Shown here in pieces: positions 60,389-64,000 of a DNA stretch of 64,000 nt. Numbering within the stretch: the first letter of the stretch is position 1; the number at the start of each line of letters is the position of its first letter. Position numbers and translations under genes: made by a program. Under the pieces are notes generated by a model, which saw only the letters and a program-made list of their open reading frames with translations, was not told the origin of the DNA and did not search any database. Source of the stretch: Pseudomonadota bacterium (GTDB lineage: Bacteria; Pseudomonadota; Gammaproteobacteria; Steroidobacterales; Steroidobacteraceae); contig JBPOHK010000109.1 in assembly GCA_052035645.1 (NCBI GenBank), positions 798-64,797 on the forward strand. Direction: 5' to 3'.

Positions 60389-61461
60389 CGGAATTCGTGG
60401 GCCACGCGCTGGCTCACGCCGCAGATGAGCTCGTAGGCGATCGTGCCCGCGTGCTGGGCGATCTCCTCCGCCGGCACGCCCTCGCCCCACAGCACGACCG
60501 GGTCGCCGACCGAGACGGCCGGCAGGTCGGTGACGTCCACCGTGATCATGTCCATCGAGACGCGCCCGACGAGCGGCGCGCGCCGGCCGTTGACCTGCAC
60601 GGGCGCGCCCGAGGCCGTCGAGCGCGGGTAGCCGTCACCGTAGCCCGCCGCGATGACGGCGATGCGCGTGTCGCGCTCCGCCCGCCAGGCGCCGCCGTAG
60701 CCGACCGTCTCGCCGTGCCTCACCGTCTTCACGGCGATCACCTCCGACTGCAGGCTCATGGCCGCGCGCAGGCCGAGATCGCCGCCCGTGCCGCTCGGGA
60801 ACGGCGAAAGCCCGTAGAGCATCAGGCCCGGGCGGACCCAGTCCCCGCGGGTGGCCGGCCAGGCGAGCACGCCGGCCGAGTTGGCGATGCTGCGGGCGCC
60901 CGGCAGGCGGGCGGTGGCCGACTCGAAGCAGGCGAGCTGCGCGGCGGTGCGTGAATCGCGCCGGTCGTCGGCGCTCGCGAGGTGGGTGACCAGCACCGGC
61001 TCGCTCTGGACCTGGACGATGCGCGACAGGCGCGCATAGGCGTCGGCGAATTCCTCCGGGCGGAAGCCGAGGCGGTTCATCCCCGTGTCGAGCTTGATCC
61101 AGGCACGGATCGCCTCGCTGCCGGCGTAGGCCTCCAGCATCGCGAGCTGCTCCGCGTTGTGGACCATCAGTTCGAAGTGCTGCTGGGCCGCGAGCGCGAC
61201 CTGCCCCGCGCTGAAGACGCCCTCGAGCAGCAGCACGCGGTTCGCGAGCCCGGCCTGGCGCAGCGCGAGGCCCTCGTCCAGGCGCGCCACGGCGAAGCCG
61301 TCCGCCTCCGCGAGCGCCTTCGCGGACTGCAGCACGCCGTGGCCGTAGGCATTGGCCTTGATCACGGCCATCACGCGCGCGCCGGCCGCCTTCGTGCGCG
61401 CGACCTGCAGGTTGTGCCTCAGGGCGGCGGTGTCGATGACGGAGCGGATCAGCGAGGACAC
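60385..61461 (-). CDS. alr: alanine racemase
   Basis: 358 aa with VIKANAYGHG (PLP lysine) and a conserved C-terminal barrel. Its stop overlaps the FHA gene stop in GCTAGC. Confidence 0.93.
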   Translation of the reverse strand: MSSLIRSVIDTAALRHNLQVARTKAAGARVMAVIKANAYGHGVLQSAKALAEADGFAVARLDEGLALRQAGLANRVLLLEGVFSAGQVALAAQQHFELMVHNAEQLAMLEAYAGSEAIRAWIKLDTGMNRLGFRPEEFADAYARLSRIVQVQSEPVLVTHLASADDRRDSRTAAQLACFESATARLPGARSIANSAGVLAWPATRGDWVRPGLMLYGLSPFPSGTGGDLGLRAAMSLQSEVIAVKTVRHGETVGYGGAWRAERDTRIAVIAAGYGDGYPRSTASGAPVQVNGRRAPLVGRVSMDMITVDVTDLPAVSVGDPVVLWGEGVPAEEIAQHAGTIAYELICGVSQRVAHEFR

Positions 61462-61471
61462 GCGGGGGCGC

Positions 61472-62905
61472 TCAGTTGCCGTAGCCGCCGTAATCGCCGT
61501 AGTCGCCCTGCGCGAGGTTCTCGAAGCGCGTGTACTTGCCGAGGAAGGTGAGGTGCACTTCGCCCGTGGGGCCGTTGCGCTGCTTGGCGATGATGATGTC
61601 GGCGATGCCCTTGCGCGGGGTGTCGGGCTCGTACACCTCTTCGCGGTAGATGAGGATGATCAGGTCTGCATCCTGCTCGATCGCGCCCGACTCGCGCAGG
61701 TCGGACATCACCGGCTTCTTGTCGGTGCGCTGCTCCACGCTGCGGTTGAGCTGCGAGAGCGCGATCACCGGCACGCGCAGCTCCTTCGCGAGCGCCTTGA
61801 GCGAGCGCGAGATCTCCGAGATCTCGGTCGCGCGGTTCTCCTTGTTGCCCGGCACCTGCATCAGCTGCAGGTAGTCGACGACGATCAGGCCGAGGCCGTC
61901 CTTGTGCTCGCGCGCGAGGCGTCGCGCGCGGGCGCGCACCTCGGTCGGCGACAGCGCGCCGCTGTCGTCGATGAACAGCGGCGCGGACTTCATCTGCGCG
62001 ATGGCGCCGTTGATGCGCGCCCAGTCCTCGTCGCCGAACATGCCGGTGCGCATGTGGCCCTGGTCGACGCGGCCGAGCGAGGAGATCATGCGGAACGCCA
62101 GCTGCTCGCGCGACATTTCCATCGAGAACACCGCGACGGCCTTGCCCGCGGCGATGGCGGCGTTCTCGCCGATGTTGAGGGCGAGCGTGGTCTTGCCCAT
62201 CGAGGGGCGGCCGGCGACGACGATCAGGTCGCCCGGCTGCAGCCCGGCGGTCATCCGGTCGAGCTCGGTGTAGCCCGTGCTGATGCCGGTGAGCTGCCCC
62301 TGCGACTGGTGCAGCATGTCGAGCCGGTCGATGGTCGGGCCGAGCACGTCGCGCAGAGGCACGAAGCCCGAGCCCTGGCGGCGGCCCTTCTCGGCGATCT
62401 CGAACACGCGGCGCTCGGCTTCGTCGACGAGGTCCGAGGCGGAGCGTCCCTCGCTCTCGTAGGCGCTCGCGGCCACCTCGCCGCTGACGCGGATCAGCTG
62501 CCGCAGCAGCGAGCGTTCGCGCACGATGTCCGCGTACGCGCGGATGTTGGCGGCGGTGGGCGTGTCGCGCGCGAGTCCGGCGAGGTAGGCGAGTCCGCCC
62601 GACTCCTCGCCCCGGCCCTTGCTGGCGAGGTACTCCGCGAGCGTGACGGCGTCGCAGGGCTCGCTGCGCGCCGAGAGGTCGGCGATCGCCTCGAAGATCA
62701 GCTGGTGGTCGCGGCGATAGAAGTCGTCGGCGCGCAGCCGGTCCGCGACGGCGTCCCAGGTGCTGTTGTCGAGGAGCAGGCCGCCGAGCACGGCCTGCTC
62801 CGCCTCGACGGAGTGCGGCGGGACGCGCAGGGCCGCCTCGTCCATGCTGAGGTAGGCCGGCGCCTTGTTGCGGCGAGACCGGCCCGAACCGCCCTCCTGC
62901 TCCAT
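61472..62905 (-). CDS. dnaB: replicative DNA helicase DnaB
   Basis: 477 aa with PPHSVEAEQAVLGGLLLD, the Walker A GRPSMGKTT, LIVVDYLQLM and SQLNR. Unusual tail GDYGDYGGYGN. Confidence 0.96.
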   Translation of the reverse strand: MEQEGGSGRSRRNKAPAYLSMDEAALRVPPHSVEAEQAVLGGLLLDNSTWDAVADRLRADDFYRRDHQLIFEAIADLSARSEPCDAVTLAEYLASKGRGEESGGLAYLAGLARDTPTAANIRAYADIVRERSLLRQLIRVSGEVAASAYESEGRSASDLVDEAERRVFEIAEKGRRQGSGFVPLRDVLGPTIDRLDMLHQSQGQLTGISTGYTELDRMTAGLQPGDLIVVAGRPSMGKTTLALNIGENAAIAAGKAVAVFSMEMSREQLAFRMISSLGRVDQGHMRTGMFGDEDWARINGAIAQMKSAPLFIDDSGALSPTEVRARARRLAREHKDGLGLIVVDYLQLMQVPGNKENRATEISEISRSLKALAKELRVPVIALSQLNRSVEQRTDKKPVMSDLRESGAIEQDADLIILIYREEVYEPDTPRKGIADIIIAKQRNGPTGEVHLTFLGKYTRFENLAQGDYGDYGGYGN

Positions 62906-62926
62906 CGCGCGCCTCCCGGGCGAGGA

Positions 62927-63376
62927 TTACTCCTCGGCGACGACAGTGACCGGCAGGTCGAGCTCGATGTCGGTGTGCAGGTGCAGCTTGACGTGGTGCT
63001 CGCCGACCAGGCGGATCGGGCCGCCCGGCAGGCGCACTTCGCTGCGCTCGATGCGAATGCCGGCCTTGGTGACGGCCTCGGCGATGTCCGCCGTACCGAC
63101 CGAGCCGAACAGCTTGCCCTCGGTGCCCGCCTTCGCCGTGAGGCTCAGCTTGAAGCCCTCGAGCTGGGCCGCGCGCAGCTTGGCGCTCTCGAGTTCGTCG
63201 GCGGCGAGCTTCTCGAGTTCGGCGCGCCGCGCCTCGAACTTCTTGAGGTTCGCCGGCGTGCACAGCGCAGCCTTGCCCTGCGGGAGCAGGTAGTTGCGGC
63301 CGTAGCCCGGCTTGACCTTCACCTTGTCGCCGATCGAGCCGAGATTGGCGACCTTCTGCAGCAGGATGACTTCCAT
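62927..63376 (-). CDS. rplI: 50S ribosomal protein L9
   Basis: 149 aa starting [36 protein letters not shown]. Confidence 0.97.
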   Translation of the reverse strand: MEVILLQKVANLGSIGDKVKVKPGYGRNYLLPQGKAALCTPANLKKFEARRAELEKLAADELESAKLRAAQLEGFKLSLTAKAGTEGKLFGSVGTADIAEAVTKAGIRIERSEVRLPGGPIRLVGEHHVKLHLHTDIELDLPVTVVAEE

Positions 63377-63407
63377 CGTTGTGTCCTCGAATGAACCCTT
63401 GTGTCCG

Positions 63408-64000
63408 TCACGCGGGCTGAGACGCGCTGCCGCGCGACCGAGCCCAGTTGTCCACGAAACCCCAGGCCGCCAGCACCGCGACCATGGCCGGCGCGACCAG
63501 CGCCAGCATCACGTACATCGCCCACAGCCAGCCGGCGTGCATCCGCCCCGCCGCCGCCTGCCGGTGCGCCGCGGCCAGTCCCACCAGCACCAGCGCGCCG
63601 AGGAACAGCCGGCCCAGGTCGTCGAGCAGCACCACGTCGGTGAGCATCGACGCGACCAGCACCGCCGCCGCCGCCAGCCCGAGCACGCGTCCCAGGCGCA
63701 GCGACTGGAACTCCGGGCCGAAGCTCCCCGCGGCCTGCGGCAGCGACTGCCACCAGCGCGCCAGGAACAGGGCGCACATCGCGAGCAGCACGGTCAGCAC
63801 CGTGACCCAGCCCCACAGCGTGCGCGCGAGCGCCTCGGCCAGCCCGTCCTTCTCCAGGTCCAGCGGCAGTCCCTGGCGCTGCATCTCGTCCGCCATGTCG
63901 CGCACGAAGGGCAGCCAGAACTGCTGCGGATCGCCGAAGGCGACGTGCAGCACGACCAGCATCGCCGCACCCGCCAGCGTCGCCACCTGCAGGCAGAGCG
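63408..64000 (-). CDS. polytopic membrane protein (DUF2232-like) upstream of rplI; 5' end may lie off the window
   Basis: The 192-aa track ORF (63408..63986) is hydrophobic throughout, and the frame stays open to the window edge. Its position between the expected rpsR and rplI matches the hypothetical membrane gene I recall at that site in Pseudomonas. Confidence 0.6.
   Translation of the reverse strand, partial: LCLQVATLAGAAMLVVLHVAFGDPQQFWLPFVRDMADEMQRQGLPLDLEKDGLAEALARTLWGWVTVLTVLLAMCALFLARWWQSLPQAAGSFGPEFQSLRLGRVLGLAAAAVLVASMLTDVVLLDDLGRLFLGALVLVGLAAAHRQAAAGRMHAGWLWAMYVMLALVAPAMVAVLAAWGFVDNWARSRGSASQPA

Noticed and set aside
60381-60390. Convergent FHA and alr genes share overlapping stop codons inside the palindrome GCTAGC
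   Set aside because: This is a real feature of the sequence (TAG on both strands, 60385-60388). However, it is most simply a chance consequence of compact convergent genes, and no functional claim can be supported.

Overview
High-GC (about 70%) proteobacterial chromosomal segment with about 58 protein genes, one tRNA and no rRNA. I found no CRISPR array, IS element, transposase, integrase or phage genes.

Core region (about 23.6-64 kb). These are housekeeping genes. Their order reproduces the enterobacterial block clpS-clpA-infA-aat ... trxB ... ftsK-lolA-rarA-serS, which points to a gammaproteobacterium. The region also carries gspCDEF, hslR, kbl-tdh, fba, uppP, sppA, rpsP-rimM-trmD-rplS, ffh, ypjD/corB-like genes, radA, alr-dnaB-rplI and a Hanks kinase / PP2C / FHA triad.

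Accessory-looking region (1-23.3 kb).
- Secreted peptidases: PepF-like, M64, and CocE/NonD.
- A six-gene acyl-CoA/lipid operon ending in a wax-ester synthase, under a divergent LysR-like gene.
- A PrsW intramembrane protease and a CHRD protein.
- A signalling cluster: an HD-GYP variant, an orphan CHASE histidine kinase and an amidohydrolase.
- An enoyl-CoA hydratase / acyl-CoA ligase pair.

The two regions meet at tRNA-Ser(UGA), which sits 7 nt after serS. It is followed by a near-perfect 88-nt duplication that contains a T-loop-interrupted copy of the tRNA 3' end.

Most interesting candidates:
1. A split ACAD10/11-type kinase + ACAD + SDR module (lvaA/C/D-like logic) coupled to WS/DGAT.
2. 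A FemAB-like (DUF482-type) protein translationally coupled to aat inside the N-degron gene cluster.
3. The tRNA-Ser scar.
4. A pair of related GGGGACA...TGTCCCC palindromic elements sitting at synteny breakpoints.
5. The kinase/phosphatase/tandem-FHA module, which has a Pro9 tract and an embedded AT-rich patch.

Many very long ORFs in the supplied track are antisense or off-frame artefacts of the GC content and were rejected. All coordinates and motifs were read by eye from the sequence and the ORF track. No database search was run.
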